Under the pieces are notes generated by a model. The model was given only the letters and a program-made list of their open reading frames with translations, searched no databases and had not been told where the DNA came from. The position numbers and the translations under genes are program-made. A DNA stretch of 64,000 nt from Gammaproteobacteria bacterium (GTDB lineage Bacteria; Pseudomonadota; Gammaproteobacteria; UBA6429; Thiohalophilaceae). The stretch spans positions 501,911 through 565,910 of the forward strand of contig WGLP01000003.1 in NCBI GenBank assembly GCA_016125505.1, read 5' to 3'. Of this stretch, positions 39,323 to 49,258 are shown piece by piece. The stretch's first letter is position 1. Each line of letters begins with the position of its first letter.

Positions 39323-40168
39323 ATGTCCTTAGACAATAGCTGGTTCAGTGAAGCCTGCGATCCCTGCGGTTCAGCCTTCTCACTCAAGGTCGTCAAAAAA
39401 CTGCATGAAGAAACCAGCGCATTTCAAAAGATCGAAATCTACGAGACCGCTACCTTCGGCAACTTTATGGTGATCGACGGCTTCACCATGGTCACCGACC
39501 GCGACAACTTTCTCTACCATGAAATGATGAGCCACCCGGCGCTGTACACGCATCCCAAACCGGATAATGTCCTGGTCATCGGCGGCGGTGACTGCGGCAC
39601 ACTCAAGGAAGTCCTGAAGCATCCGGAAGTGAAGAAGGCCCAGCAAGTCGAGATCGACGAGCGGGTGACGCGCCTCGCCGAGATCTATTTCCCGGATCTG
39701 TGCAGCTCCAACAACGACCCACGCGCCGAATTGCACTTCGTGGACGGGATCAAGTGGGTCCAAGACGCCGCACCGGGCAGTTACGATGTGATCATCGTCG
39801 ACAGCACCGACCCGGTCGGGCCGGCCGAAGGCCTGTTCAACGAGGCCTTTTATCGCAATTGTCATAAGGCCCTGGGTGAGCACGGTATCCTGGTCCAGCA
39901 AAGCGAGTCACCGCTGTACCACGCCAAGCTGATACATGAGATGCGCGCGGCCATGCAAAAGAGCGGCTTCAGTGACGTATTGACCTATGACTTTCCACAA
40001 CCCATCTATCCTTCCGGCTGGTGGAGCGGCACCATGGCGCGCAAGACTGGCCAACTGAATACGTTCCGTGAAAACGATGTGAAGGCCAAACCCTTCAAGA
40101 CGAAGTACTACAGTCTCGCCAAACATCGTGCCGCACTGGAAGAAGAGCTGCCGTTACTTCAGGAATAA
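39323..40168 (+). CDS. speE: polyamine aminopropyltransferase (spermidine synthase)
   Basis: 281 aa with GGGDGG-like VIGGGDCGTLKEV and VDSTDP motifs. Confidence 0.9.
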   Translation: MSLDNSWFSEACDPCGSAFSLKVVKKLHEETSAFQKIEIYETATFGNFMVIDGFTMVTDRDNFLYHEMMSHPALYTHPKPDNVLVIGGGDCGTLKEVLKHPEVKKAQQVEIDERVTRLAEIYFPDLCSSNNDPRAELHFVDGIKWVQDAAPGSYDVIIVDSTDPVGPAEGLFNEAFYRNCHKALGEHGILVQQSESPLYHAKLIHEMRAAMQKSGFSDVLTYDFPQPIYPSGWWSGTMARKTGQLNTFRENDVKAKPFKTKYYSLAKHRAALEEELPLLQE

Positions 40169-40187
40169 TCTTAGCTAAACATTTTTT

Positions 40188-40289
40188 GCGATGCTTCCTG
40201 CCATTTCAGGACACGCGGTAAATACATCCCTGTACGCTCATATGCCGCATCCCTGCGGCATATGGTCCTGAAATGGCAGGAAGCATCGC
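40188..40289. repeat. 102-bp element with perfect 25-bp terminal inverted repeats and an internal 11-bp-stem hairpin
   Basis: GCGATGCTTCCTGCCATTTCAGGAC (40188..40212) / GTCCTGAAATGGCAGGAAGCATCGC (40265..40289). Inner CATATGCCGCA-tccc-TGCGGCATATG (40239..40264). Confidence 0.8.
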
Positions 40290-40324
40290 CTACCTCCAGC
40301 TTTGCCAGATATAAGCGCAACTAT

Positions 40325-40759
40325 TTAGTTGCAGTACTTGTCGAGGTGCTTCTTACGCTCTGCCAACTCCGCCGCCTGCCGCGCATACGCAGGTGAACGG
40401 TCATTGCTGAACTCACGATAATTTTTCCGCATCCGGGCCTCGAGTTTACGAATCCTGTTCCGCTCCGTTAAACATTTCGCTTCCTGCCTGCGCTCCATTT
40501 CGTGCTTTTTATGCCGCGCCTGCTCACGCTGTTTGCGCGACTTCTCCAGGTCCTTGATCACCTTCTGCGTGTCCGGCTGTTTCGGCGGTGGCGCTGTGCT
40601 ACCTGCGACCCCCTCATCCTCAACGGAAATCTTTTCGCTGTGATCGCTTGTGGGCTTATCCGTATAGTGCACCTGCCCCTTGTCGTCCACCCACTTGTAA
40701 ACATCGGCAAAGACAACTGTATAGATCAGCAACATCCCTATCACGAGTAGTACACGCAT
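40325..40759 (-). CDS. DUF4124-like secreted protein
   Basis: Signal peptide, YKWVDDKGQVHYTD motif, then a Lys/Arg/Glu-rich helical tail. Confidence 0.65.
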   Translation of the reverse strand: MRVLLVIGMLLIYTVVFADVYKWVDDKGQVHYTDKPTSDHSEKISVEDEGVAGSTAPPPKQPDTQKVIKDLEKSRKQREQARHKKHEMERRQEAKCLTERNRIRKLEARMRKNYREFSNDRSPAYARQAAELAERKKHLDKYCN

Positions 40760-40769
40760 GATTTTCTCC

Positions 40770-41579
40770 TTATTTCACCGGCGGTCGTAAACGTTCCAGT
40801 CTTAAGCGCTGGCGCTCGTCGAACAATCCCCGCGCGCCCAGCCAGCTGGCCAATACCGCGGCAAAACCGGTACCGGCCGCGATCATAAACATGATCAGTA
40901 TCTGATAACTCGCCGCGATCATCGGACTGTTCCCCGCCAGCACCTGACCGGTCATCATGCCCGGGATACTGATGATACCGGCAGCCGCCATCGCATTGAT
41001 AATCGGGATCAGACCGGTGCGTACACTCTCGCGGATCAAATCCCCCATGGCGCTGCGCCACTCTTCACCCAACATCAGACGCGACTCGATGATTGCACGC
41101 GAACGCCAGGCATTCTGGGTAAGGTGCTCAAGCGTCAAGGCAACCCCCGACATGGTATTACCCAGCATCATGCCCAACAACGGAATGGCATACTGCGGCT
41201 GATACCACGGTGTGGGCACAATAATAAAATGCAGCGCGAACAGCATGATCGTAAACGACGAGACAAACATCGACGTGGCACCCAATCCATAACCCCACCA
41301 GCCCATGAACGGCCGGGTCTGGCGTGCCATCACCTCGCGCCCGGCCACCAGTAACATCACCAGCGCCACCAGGGCAACCAAGGCCGGATGTGAGGAGCTG
41401 AACAGATACTCCAATACCAGTCCCAGCAGAAACAATTGCACGACAGTGCGCAGGGCCGCCAACAGGATTCGACTTCCCAGGCCCAGCCGCATGTACCAGG
41501 TGAGCACGGCAAGTGCCACCACTAACGCAGCGGCGGTTGCCAATTGCCAGGGACCAAGCTGAATAATCGAATTGCTCAT
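40770..41579 (-). CDS. fetB: ABC transporter permease, FetB/YbbM (UPF0014) family
   Basis: 269-aa polytopic membrane protein. 4-bp overlap with the upstream ATPase gene. Confidence 0.7.
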   Translation of the reverse strand: MSNSIIQLGPWQLATAAALVVALAVLTWYMRLGLGSRILLAALRTVVQLFLLGLVLEYLFSSSHPALVALVALVMLLVAGREVMARQTRPFMGWWGYGLGATSMFVSSFTIMLFALHFIIVPTPWYQPQYAIPLLGMMLGNTMSGVALTLEHLTQNAWRSRAIIESRLMLGEEWRSAMGDLIRESVRTGLIPIINAMAAAGIISIPGMMTGQVLAGNSPMIAASYQILIMFMIAAGTGFAAVLASWLGARGLFDERQRLRLERLRPPVK

Positions 41580-42169
41580 GCCGGCACCAGTTTGCCATCC
41601 TGTAATCTGTAATGGCGTGTTGCCACCCGCTGGATCTGATCCGGTGCATGACTGACCCAGAGCACGGGTGCCTGGTGCTGTGCGATGTAATCGCGCAGCA
41701 CGGCCTCGACCCGTGCGATGTTTTCCGGGTCGAGACTCGCCGTGGGCTCATCCAGCAGCAGACAGCGCGGCTGGTTGCACAACAGACGCAATAAGGCCAG
41801 GCGCTGCTTCTCGCCAGTCGAACAACGCGCCACCTGCCACTGCCAGCTTGCCTCGCTGAACCCCAGTCCCATCAACAGGGCTGTATCCTGCCGTGGAAAG
41901 TGCTCGCCAATGTCATCCAGCCACCACTGATTTTCCGCCGGCAATAAACCCACCTGTTGCCGCCAACGCGGTGCCGGCATACTGTCAGCGGCGGCGGCGT
42001 CCAGCGTCGTCATCCCGGTATGCGGAATGATATCGGCCACGGCACGCAGCAACAGGGATTTACCGGAACCCGACGCGCCGGAGAGACAAACGATCTCGCC
42101 CGCCTTCAGCTGCAGGTTGATCGGACCAACGTGGGCAACGCACACATCCTGCAAGGTTAATTCGGGCAT
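41576..42169 (-). CDS. fetA: ABC transporter ATP-binding protein, FetA/YbbL family
   Basis: Walker A GASGSGKS, signature CSTGEKQR, Walker B LLLDEP. Confidence 0.8.
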   Translation of the reverse strand: MPELTLQDVCVAHVGPINLQLKAGEIVCLSGASGSGKSLLLRAVADIIPHTGMTTLDAAAADSMPAPRWRQQVGLLPAENQWWLDDIGEHFPRQDTALLMGLGFSEASWQWQVARCSTGEKQRLALLRLLCNQPRCLLLDEPTASLDPENIARVEAVLRDYIAQHQAPVLWVSHAPDQIQRVATRHYRLQDGKLVPA

Positions 42170-42271
42170 GCCAGTGCTTTGATCTTGTTTTGCGATTAGT
42201 GATGACCAGACGGTCTGTGATATAAAACCGGCAGTCTAACACCCGGCCAACAAAAGAAGGAGCAATGACCC

Positions 42272-42508
42272 ATGGCTGATCCCGTTATAGCGAAAAAAGG
42301 TCCCTACCCGGTAGCACTGGAACCCGGTGATTACTGGTGGTGTGCCTGCGGCCTGTCCAAGAACCAGCCCTTTTGCGATGGTTCCCACAAGACCACTGAA
42401 TTCTCGCCGGTGAAATTTACCGTCACCGAAAAGAAAACCTATGCGCTTTGCGGCTGCAAACATTCCGCCAATAAACCCTTCTGCGACGCGACACATAAAA
42501 AACTGTAA
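42272..42508 (+). CDS. CDGSH iron-sulfur domain protein (two CDGSH-type motifs)
   Basis: C-x-C...CDGSHK and C-G-C...CDATHK. Confidence 0.85.
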   Translation: MADPVIAKKGPYPVALEPGDYWWCACGLSKNQPFCDGSHKTTEFSPVKFTVTEKKTYALCGCKHSANKPFCDATHKKL

Positions 42509-42523
42509 TCATTTCGGCGACGC

Positions 42524-42558
42524 AAAAAAAAGGGCGTCCTAAGACGCCCAAAGTTTTC
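42524..42558 (+). terminator. rho-independent terminator after the CDGSH gene
   Basis: AAAAAAAAGGGCGTC-ctaa-GACGCCC then TTTTCTC. Confidence 0.6.
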
Positions 42559-42784
42559 TCACCACCAAGAGGAGAGGAGTTACCATTACCTGTGTATTTC
42601 TTTGCAGGAGCCGTGCCAACTCGGAAGGCCAGTATTTCCCAGCATTTATTCCACTGCACAACCTTTTTTCGCACGACAACAGCGCAGAAAACCGGGACTG
42701 CATCGCATACTGCACAGCACTTGTGCATGAGCGACACGGGCTTGATTCATACACACTGTCATCGCAGTCGGTAATTTGACTTCC

Positions 42785-42820
42785 CCCAAATAAAAGAGGG
42801 CGCCCGCAGGCGCCCTCTTG
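42785..42820 (-). terminator. rho-independent terminator downstream of amtB
   Basis: AAGAGGGCGCC-cgca-GGCGCCCTCTT, followed on the minus strand by TTTTATTTGGGGG. Confidence 0.8.
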
Positions 42821-42843
42821 TCACAGCTTGTTTACTTACACGA

Positions 42844-44172
42844 TTAGCTGATGTTGTAGGCCTTCTCGTCGTGTTCGACGATATCCAGACCTTCTTCTTC
42901 CTGCTCTTCGCTGACACGCAGTCCAACCAGCGCACCCACGATCTTCAACAGGATGAAGCTGGCAACACCACACCAGATGACGGTCACGAGAACGCCCTTG
43001 GTCTGGATCCACACTTGTGAAGCGATGGAGGCGCCGTCTGCGAAACCGCCGCCGGCCTTGATACCGAACACGCCGGTCAGGATCGCGCCGACGATACCGC
43101 CAATGGCGTGCACACCAAACACGTCGAGCGAGTCGTCATAACCGATAGCACGCTTGAGCTTGGTCGCAGCCAGGAAGCAGATAACGCCGGCAGCAATACC
43201 AATCATCAAGGCACCGAACGGTGCGACGGTACCGGAAGCCGGTGTAATCGCAACCAGACCCGCAACCGCACCGGAAGCAATACCCAGTACGCTCGGCTTG
43301 CCGTGTGCAATCCACTCAGCAAACATCCAGGCCAGGGCTGCAGTACCCGTCGCAATCTGGGTAACCAGCATCGCCATACCGGCATCACCACTGGCAGCAA
43401 CGGCGGAACCGGCGTTGAAACCGAACCAGCCAACCCACAGCAGGGAAGCGCCGATGACGGTGTAGGTCAGGTTATGCGGAGGCATCGGGGTACGCGGATA
43501 GCCTTTGCGTTTGCCCAGTACCAGCGCGGCAACCAGACCGGCAATACCTGCGTTGATGTGTACGACCGTACCACCGGCGAAGTCGAGTACGCCCCAATCC
43601 CAGTAGAGTGCGCCGTCACCGGACCAGGCCATGTGACAGATCGGGAAGTACACCACGGTTACCCACAGGGTCATGAAGATCAGCATGGCAGAGAACTTCA
43701 TGCGTTCTGCGAAGGCGCCCACGATCAGGGCCGGGGTAATGATGGCAAAGGTCATCTGGAAGGTGATGAACACGGATTCCGGAATACCGCCAACCAGTGA
43801 CCCTTTGGTCAGTCCGGAAAGCATGGCTTTACTGAATCCACCCACAAAGCTGTACAGGTTGGTTACACCCTTGGCCATGCCGGTGGTGTCGAATGCCATG
43901 CTGTAACCATAGAGATACCACAGGACCGTAATCAGGCCGGTGATGGCAAAACACTGCATCAGTACAGAGAGTGCGTTCTTGCTGCGCACCATACCGGCGT
44001 AGAACAAGGCCAGACCCGGCACGGTCATCATCAGTACCAGGGCGGTAGAGGTCAGCATCCAGGCGGTGTCACCCGAATTGATCTTGGGTGCTTCGTCAGC
44101 CAAGGCCAGAGCGGGCACAGCCAGCAGGGCGAACATGCTGCCAATGAACTGCATAAATCGTTTGTTAAACAT
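42844..44172 (-). CDS. amtB: ammonium transporter
   Basis: Amt family with a signal-like N-terminus and 11 TM helices. Conserved twin-His region. SD GGGAGGA precedes the ATG at 44172; the track start 44190 is a less likely extension. Confidence 0.9.
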   Translation of the reverse strand: MFNKRFMQFIGSMFALLAVPALALADEAPKINSGDTAWMLTSTALVLMMTVPGLALFYAGMVRSKNALSVLMQCFAITGLITVLWYLYGYSMAFDTTGMAKGVTNLYSFVGGFSKAMLSGLTKGSLVGGIPESVFITFQMTFAIITPALIVGAFAERMKFSAMLIFMTLWVTVVYFPICHMAWSGDGALYWDWGVLDFAGGTVVHINAGIAGLVAALVLGKRKGYPRTPMPPHNLTYTVIGASLLWVGWFGFNAGSAVAASGDAGMAMLVTQIATGTAALAWMFAEWIAHGKPSVLGIASGAVAGLVAITPASGTVAPFGALMIGIAAGVICFLAATKLKRAIGYDDSLDVFGVHAIGGIVGAILTGVFGIKAGGGFADGASIASQVWIQTKGVLVTVIWCGVASFILLKIVGALVGLRVSEEQEEEGLDIVEHDEKAYNIS

Positions 44173-44189
44173 GTCTTTTCCTCCCGGCA

Positions 44190-44558
<369 letters not shown>

Positions 44559-44653
44559 TCACCCACCCGGCTTGGCGACTGGGTGTTTCCCCCCTCGCCC
44601 ACCTTCGTGAATGTGTTTACATAGCGCGAAAGTCTGCTAGTGAGTGGCTTTAG

Positions 44654-44670
44654 TGCACAGGCCGTGCCAG
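44654..44670 (-). promoter_or_regulatory. sigma54 (-24/-12) promoter of glnK-amtB
   Basis: Minus strand reads CTGGCACGGCCTGTGCA. TGGCAC-N5-GTGCA gives correct GG/GC spacing, ~115 nt upstream of the glnK ATG. Confidence 0.65.
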
Positions 44671-44718
44671 TAAATAAAAACTATGAATTACAAGGAGTTA
44701 ATTGCTTTTTGGGATCGA

Positions 44719-44781
44719 TGCGCACTTGTTCAGTGCATCAAATTGAGGTATGCGCCCCAAATTCGCACCAGTCTGGTGCGA
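44719..44781. promoter_or_regulatory. two NtrC-type enhancer sites (GCAC-N7-GTGC) upstream of the sigma54 promoter
   Basis: TGCGCACttgttcAGTGCA (44719..44737) and the near-perfect palindrome TCGCACCAgtcTGGTGCGA (44763..44781), matching TGCACCA-N3-TGGTGCA. Confidence 0.6.
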
Positions 44782-45477
44782 TTAAACAGTGAGGTAGCGC
44801 TGCACAAGCTGGTCGTCCAGGGCGGTCATGTCCCCCTTGGCGACGGTACGGCCGCGATCCATGATCACAAACTGTTTGCCTACGCGGCGCGCGAACGGCA
44901 GTTTCTGTTCGACCAGAAGCACGGTAAGGTTTTGTTCTTCATTGAGCTTGAGAATGACGTCGCCGATCTGCGCGACCACGTTGGGCTGAATCCCCTCGGT
45001 CGGCTCGTCGAGGATGAGCATTTTCGGATCCAGGGCCAGGGCACGGCCGATCGCCAGTTGTTGTTGCTGGCCACCTGACAGATCGCCGCCCCGGCGATGC
45101 AGCATCTGTTTCAACACCGGAAACAATTCAAAGATGCGTTCCGGGATGTCACGCAGCCTGTCCCGCCGGGCGGACAGGCCGATGCGCAGGTTTTCCTCCA
45201 CCGTCAGCTGCGCGAAGATCTCGCGCCCCTGCGGCACATAGCCGATCCCCAGACGAGAACGTATCTCGGCGGATCTGGCCAGCATCTCATGCTCTTCGAA
45301 GCGCAGCTCCCCGGAGCGCGCACGTACCAGACCCATGATGGTTCGCAGCAAGGTGGTCTTGCCCACGCCGTTGCGTCCCATCAGACAGACGCAACCGCCT
45401 TGCGGGATATCGAAGTCGATGTCCCAGAGCGTATGGCTTTCGCCGTAGAACTGATTGAGGCCCTGAATATGCAACAT
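44782..45477 (-). CDS. urtE: urea ABC transporter ATP-binding protein UrtE
   Basis: 231 aa of LivF-like ATPase (GRNGVGKTT, LSGGQQQ, ILDEPTEG). Last gene of the urt cluster. Confidence 0.9.
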   Translation of the reverse strand: MLHIQGLNQFYGESHTLWDIDFDIPQGGCVCLMGRNGVGKTTLLRTIMGLVRARSGELRFEEHEMLARSAEIRSRLGIGYVPQGREIFAQLTVEENLRIGLSARRDRLRDIPERIFELFPVLKQMLHRRGGDLSGGQQQQLAIGRALALDPKMLILDEPTEGIQPNVVAQIGDVILKLNEEQNLTVLLVEQKLPFARRVGKQFVIMDRGRTVAKGDMTALDDQLVQRYLTV

Positions 45478-45479
45478 GG

Positions 45480-46334
45480 TTATTCCCCCAGATAGACCTC
45501 GATCACTTTTGGATCGTTCTGCACGGTCTGCATATCGCCCTCGGCCAGGACATGGCCTTCATGTAATACCGTCACCTTGCTGGCAATGGAGCGCACGAAG
45601 TCCATGTCATGTTCCACCACCACCACCGAATGCTTGCCCGCCAGCCCGGTAAGCAACTCCGCGGTCTTGTCCATTTCCTGATGGGTCATGCCGGCGACGG
45701 GTTCGTCGACCAGCAGCAACAAGGGGTTTTGCATCAGCAGCATGCCGATCTCCAGCCATTGCTTCTGACCATGCGACAGGTAGGCCGCTTCACGCTCGGC
45801 CAGATCGGCCAGGCCGATCAATTCATTCACCTCGCCAATGCGATCCCGTTGCTCGCCGCTCAGCTTCGCGAACAAGCTGGTCCAGACACGCTTGTCGGTA
45901 CGCATGGCCAGTTCGAGATTCTGGAATACCGTGTGATTGGGAAAGACCGTGGGCTTTTGAAACTTGCGGCCAATGCCCGCGGTAGCAATCTCGTATTCGG
46001 TCATTCGCGACAAGTCCATGGTCTGCCCGAAGAAGACACGGCCGCTGTCGGGACGGGTCTTGCCCGTGATTACGTCCATCATGGTGGTCTTGCCCGCGCC
46101 ATTGGGCCCGATGATGCAACGCAACTCACCGGCCTCGATATAGAGGGTCAGATCGTTGAGTGCCTTGAAGCCGTCAAAGCTGACCGTGACATTTTCCACG
46201 TACAGGATCGTGCCATGGCTGAGGTCCACGCTCGCCGGATCCAGCGTGTGCATGCCCTGCTGATGCGGGAACCGACGCCGACCCGTCAGACCGTTTTGCT
46301 GAATCACCTGCTTCAGATTATCCAGGACTTTCAC
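45480..46334 (-). CDS. urtD: urea ABC transporter ATP-binding protein UrtD
   Basis: LivG-like ATPase (GPNGAGKTT, LSHGQKQ, LLVDEP). The track ORF extends to 46550 but overlaps urtC. Preferred start is GTG 46334 (SD GGAGAG; GTGA overlap with the urtC stop). Alternative start ATG 46253. Confidence 0.8.
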   Translation of the reverse strand: MKVLDNLKQVIQQNGLTGRRRFPHQQGMHTLDPASVDLSHGTILYVENVTVSFDGFKALNDLTLYIEAGELRCIIGPNGAGKTTMMDVITGKTRPDSGRVFFGQTMDLSRMTEYEIATAGIGRKFQKPTVFPNHTVFQNLELAMRTDKRVWTSLFAKLSGEQRDRIGEVNELIGLADLAEREAAYLSHGQKQWLEIGMLLMQNPLLLLVDEPVAGMTHQEMDKTAELLTGLAGKHSVVVVEHDMDFVRSIASKVTVLHEGHVLAEGDMQTVQNDPKVIEVYLGE

Positions 46335-47458
46335 GACGCACTCTCCACCGCGGCTTTCCGGGATTTGATTTTGGCGAGCAGGCCGACAATGCCTCTGGGC
46401 AAAAAGACGGTCACGACGATAAACACGGTGCCCAGGGCGAACAGCCAGACCTCCGGCAAGGCCCCGGTGAAAAAGGTCTTGGCATAATTCACCAGGAAGG
46501 CGCCGGCGACCGCACCGTACAAACTGCCGCGGCCACCCACCGCCACCCACACCACCAGCTCGATGGAGTTCAGCGGAGAAAATTCACTGGGGTTGATGAT
46601 GCCGACCTGCGGCACATACAGGGCACCGGCAATACCCGCCAGCACCGCGGAGAAGACAAAGATCCATAACTTGTAAGACTCTACCTTGTAACCGATAAAA
46701 CGCGTGCGTGCCTCGGCGTCGCGAACCGCAACGACGACACGCCCCATCTTGGATTGCACGATGTAACGCGACACGAGGTAACCGGCGGCGAGAAAGACCG
46801 CGGTGACCAGAAACAGGCCGACCCGTGTGGCATCGGATTGCAGGTTAAAACCCAGGATATCCTTGAAGTCGGTCAGACCGTTGTTACCGCCAAAGCCCAT
46901 GTTATTCAGGAAAAAGGCCTGCATCAGCGCATAGGTCATGGCCTGCGTAATAATAGATAAGTACACGCCGGTCACCCGCGAACGGAATGCCAGCCAACCG
47001 AACACATAGGCGAGAATGCCGGGCACCAGCACGATCATGATCACCGCAAACCAGAACATATCGAAACCGTGCCAGTACCAGGGCAGCGCCTTCCAGTTCA
47101 GGAACACCATGAAGTCCGGCAGGACGGGATTACCGTACACGCCGCGATCGCCGATCTGGCGCATGAGGTACATCCCCATGGCGTAACCGCCCAGCGCAAA
47201 GAACGCGCCGTGGCCCAGACTCAAAATACCGCAGTAGCCCCACACCAGGTCCAGGGCAATGGCCACCAGGGCATAACACATGTATTTCGACAACAGGCTC
47301 AGGGCATAGGTCGAGAAATGCAACGGTGAACCGGCAGGCACCACCTGGTTGGCAATGGGGATCAGGATGACCAGCGCGATGAGAATGCCGAGAAAAATTT
47401 TCCCGCCGCGATCACTGTGTAAAAACCCGGGGCCATATTTATCCAACAGCATGCTCAA
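46331..47458 (-). CDS. urtC: urea ABC transporter permease UrtC
   Basis: 375-aa LivM-like permease. ATGA overlap with the urtB stop. Confidence 0.9.
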   Translation of the reverse strand: MSMLLDKYGPGFLHSDRGGKIFLGILIALVILIPIANQVVPAGSPLHFSTYALSLLSKYMCYALVAIALDLVWGYCGILSLGHGAFFALGGYAMGMYLMRQIGDRGVYGNPVLPDFMVFLNWKALPWYWHGFDMFWFAVIMIVLVPGILAYVFGWLAFRSRVTGVYLSIITQAMTYALMQAFFLNNMGFGGNNGLTDFKDILGFNLQSDATRVGLFLVTAVFLAAGYLVSRYIVQSKMGRVVVAVRDAEARTRFIGYKVESYKLWIFVFSAVLAGIAGALYVPQVGIINPSEFSPLNSIELVVWVAVGGRGSLYGAVAGAFLVNYAKTFFTGALPEVWLFALGTVFIVVTVFLPRGIVGLLAKIKSRKAAVESAS

Positions 47459-49155
47459 CTCTCCGCGGCCCGGCCTTTTTGCGGGAACAAGCCGCGCGGC
47501 CGTTTCTGGATGAACAGAATGACGAACACCAGCACCAGGATCTTGGCCAGTACCGCACCGGTCCAGGGTTCAATGAATTTGTTGACCACGCCCAGGGAGA
47601 GACCACCCACCAGCGTGCCCCACAGATTGCCGACACCGCCGAACACGACCACCATGAAGGAGTCGATGATGTAGGACTGGCCGAGGTTGGGACCGACGTT
47701 GGTTAACTGGCTGAGTGCAACACCGGCGATGCCGGCAATGCCGGAGCCCAGACCAAAGGTCATGGCGTCGACCCATTCGCTGCGCACGCCCATGGCCTTG
47801 GCCATGTCACGATTCTGCGAGACCGCGCGCACCTGCAGGCCCAACACGGTCTTCTTGAGAATAAACAACAGCGCAAGGAACACGATGATGCTGAAAAAGA
47901 TGATGTACAGGCGGTTATAGGTCAGCGCAAACACGGGGTTGATCTGCCAGGAACCGCTCATCCAGCTCGGCGTACTCACCGTGACGTTCTGTGCCGAGAT
48001 GGTGGTACGCACCAGTTGTTGCAATAACAGACTGATACCGAAGGTGGCGAGCAGGGTATCCAGCGGCCGCCCATACATCAGCCGAATCACGCCGCGCTCG
48101 ATGGCGATACCGAACAGACCCGAGACCACAAAAGCAGCGGGGATCGCCATCAACAGGGAATAGTCGATCAGGTTGGGAAACGCGGCCTGGATCAGATATG
48201 TGGTATAGGCACCCAGCATCATCATCTCGCCGTGCGCCATGTTAATCACGCCCATCACACCAAAGGTGATGGCCAGACCGATGGCGGATAACAACAGCAC
48301 CGAGCCAAGACTCAGGCCGAAAAATGTGGTTTGCGCAATATTGTACAGATCAATCTTGCCGTTGATGTGCCCCAGCGCCTTTTTGGCCGCCTCGCGCACC
48401 TGCGGGTCTTTTTCGATGTACTGGCCGTTGCTGTATTGTTGTACCAGTTGGTCCAGTGCGACCTTTACTTCAGGTAATAAGGAACTGCTGAGCAACTCAA
48501 TCGCAGCCAGACGTGTCTTCTGGTCACTGCTGTTGAGGTCCGCCAGGGCGAGTCCGACATCGATCGCCTCCTTGACCCTGGCATCCTGTTCCTTCGTCTG
48601 TTGTTCGCGTAAGAGCTTGATCGAATCCGCATCCAGGCTGCTGACCATTTCCTTAACGGCCTTTAAACGCACGGCCGGGTCCTTGTCATGCAGGCTCAGC
48701 TTGGCGATTTCGATACCGAGCATGGTGCGCATGCGATTGTTGATGCCGATCTTGCGCAGGTCGGACTTGTCCATGACCTGCAGTTTTTCGCCGGTGATCA
48801 CGTCATAGGTCTGATAGCCCTTGTCGGTATCCTCGGCGTAGACCACGCGTTTATCGGCCTTGATGTAATACAGCTCGCCATTGAGCAAATGACGAAAGGT
48901 GTTCAGTAATTGCGGGTGATCGATCCTGGTCAGTTGGGCGAGGGCATCCTGCTTTTCGTCGAAGTCATCGGTAACCAGTTTACCCACCATCGCGGCGAAA
49001 TCTTCCGGTTTCCCGGCTGCATCGGCGGCATACACCGGCCTCATCGACACCACCAACAGCACCAGCAAGACCAGCAGGCCCATGAACAACATACCCGGCA
49101 GGTAGTGTCTTGTGCTGCGAACAGCGGTCTTACTACGGTTATGTGTGTTTTTCAT
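47455..49155 (-). CDS. urtB: urea ABC transporter permease UrtB (with long N-terminal periplasmic extension)
   Basis: 566 aa. Signal/TM then a ~270-aa helical N-terminal domain. C-terminal LivH-like permease. Confidence 0.85.
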   Translation of the reverse strand: MKNTHNRSKTAVRSTRHYLPGMLFMGLLVLLVLLVVSMRPVYAADAAGKPEDFAAMVGKLVTDDFDEKQDALAQLTRIDHPQLLNTFRHLLNGELYYIKADKRVVYAEDTDKGYQTYDVITGEKLQVMDKSDLRKIGINNRMRTMLGIEIAKLSLHDKDPAVRLKAVKEMVSSLDADSIKLLREQQTKEQDARVKEAIDVGLALADLNSSDQKTRLAAIELLSSSLLPEVKVALDQLVQQYSNGQYIEKDPQVREAAKKALGHINGKIDLYNIAQTTFFGLSLGSVLLLSAIGLAITFGVMGVINMAHGEMMMLGAYTTYLIQAAFPNLIDYSLLMAIPAAFVVSGLFGIAIERGVIRLMYGRPLDTLLATFGISLLLQQLVRTTISAQNVTVSTPSWMSGSWQINPVFALTYNRLYIIFFSIIVFLALLFILKKTVLGLQVRAVSQNRDMAKAMGVRSEWVDAMTFGLGSGIAGIAGVALSQLTNVGPNLGQSYIIDSFMVVVFGGVGNLWGTLVGGLSLGVVNKFIEPWTGAVLAKILVLVFVILFIQKRPRGLFPQKGRAAES

Positions 49156-49258
49156 GAGCGGCGCGCCAGAGTTATTTGTATGCTTGTTTGGCTTTGAAAG
49201 AGAGGTGCAGCCCAGCCGCGCTGTGCTGCACCTCTTGCCTACACTTCCAGACCCGTGC

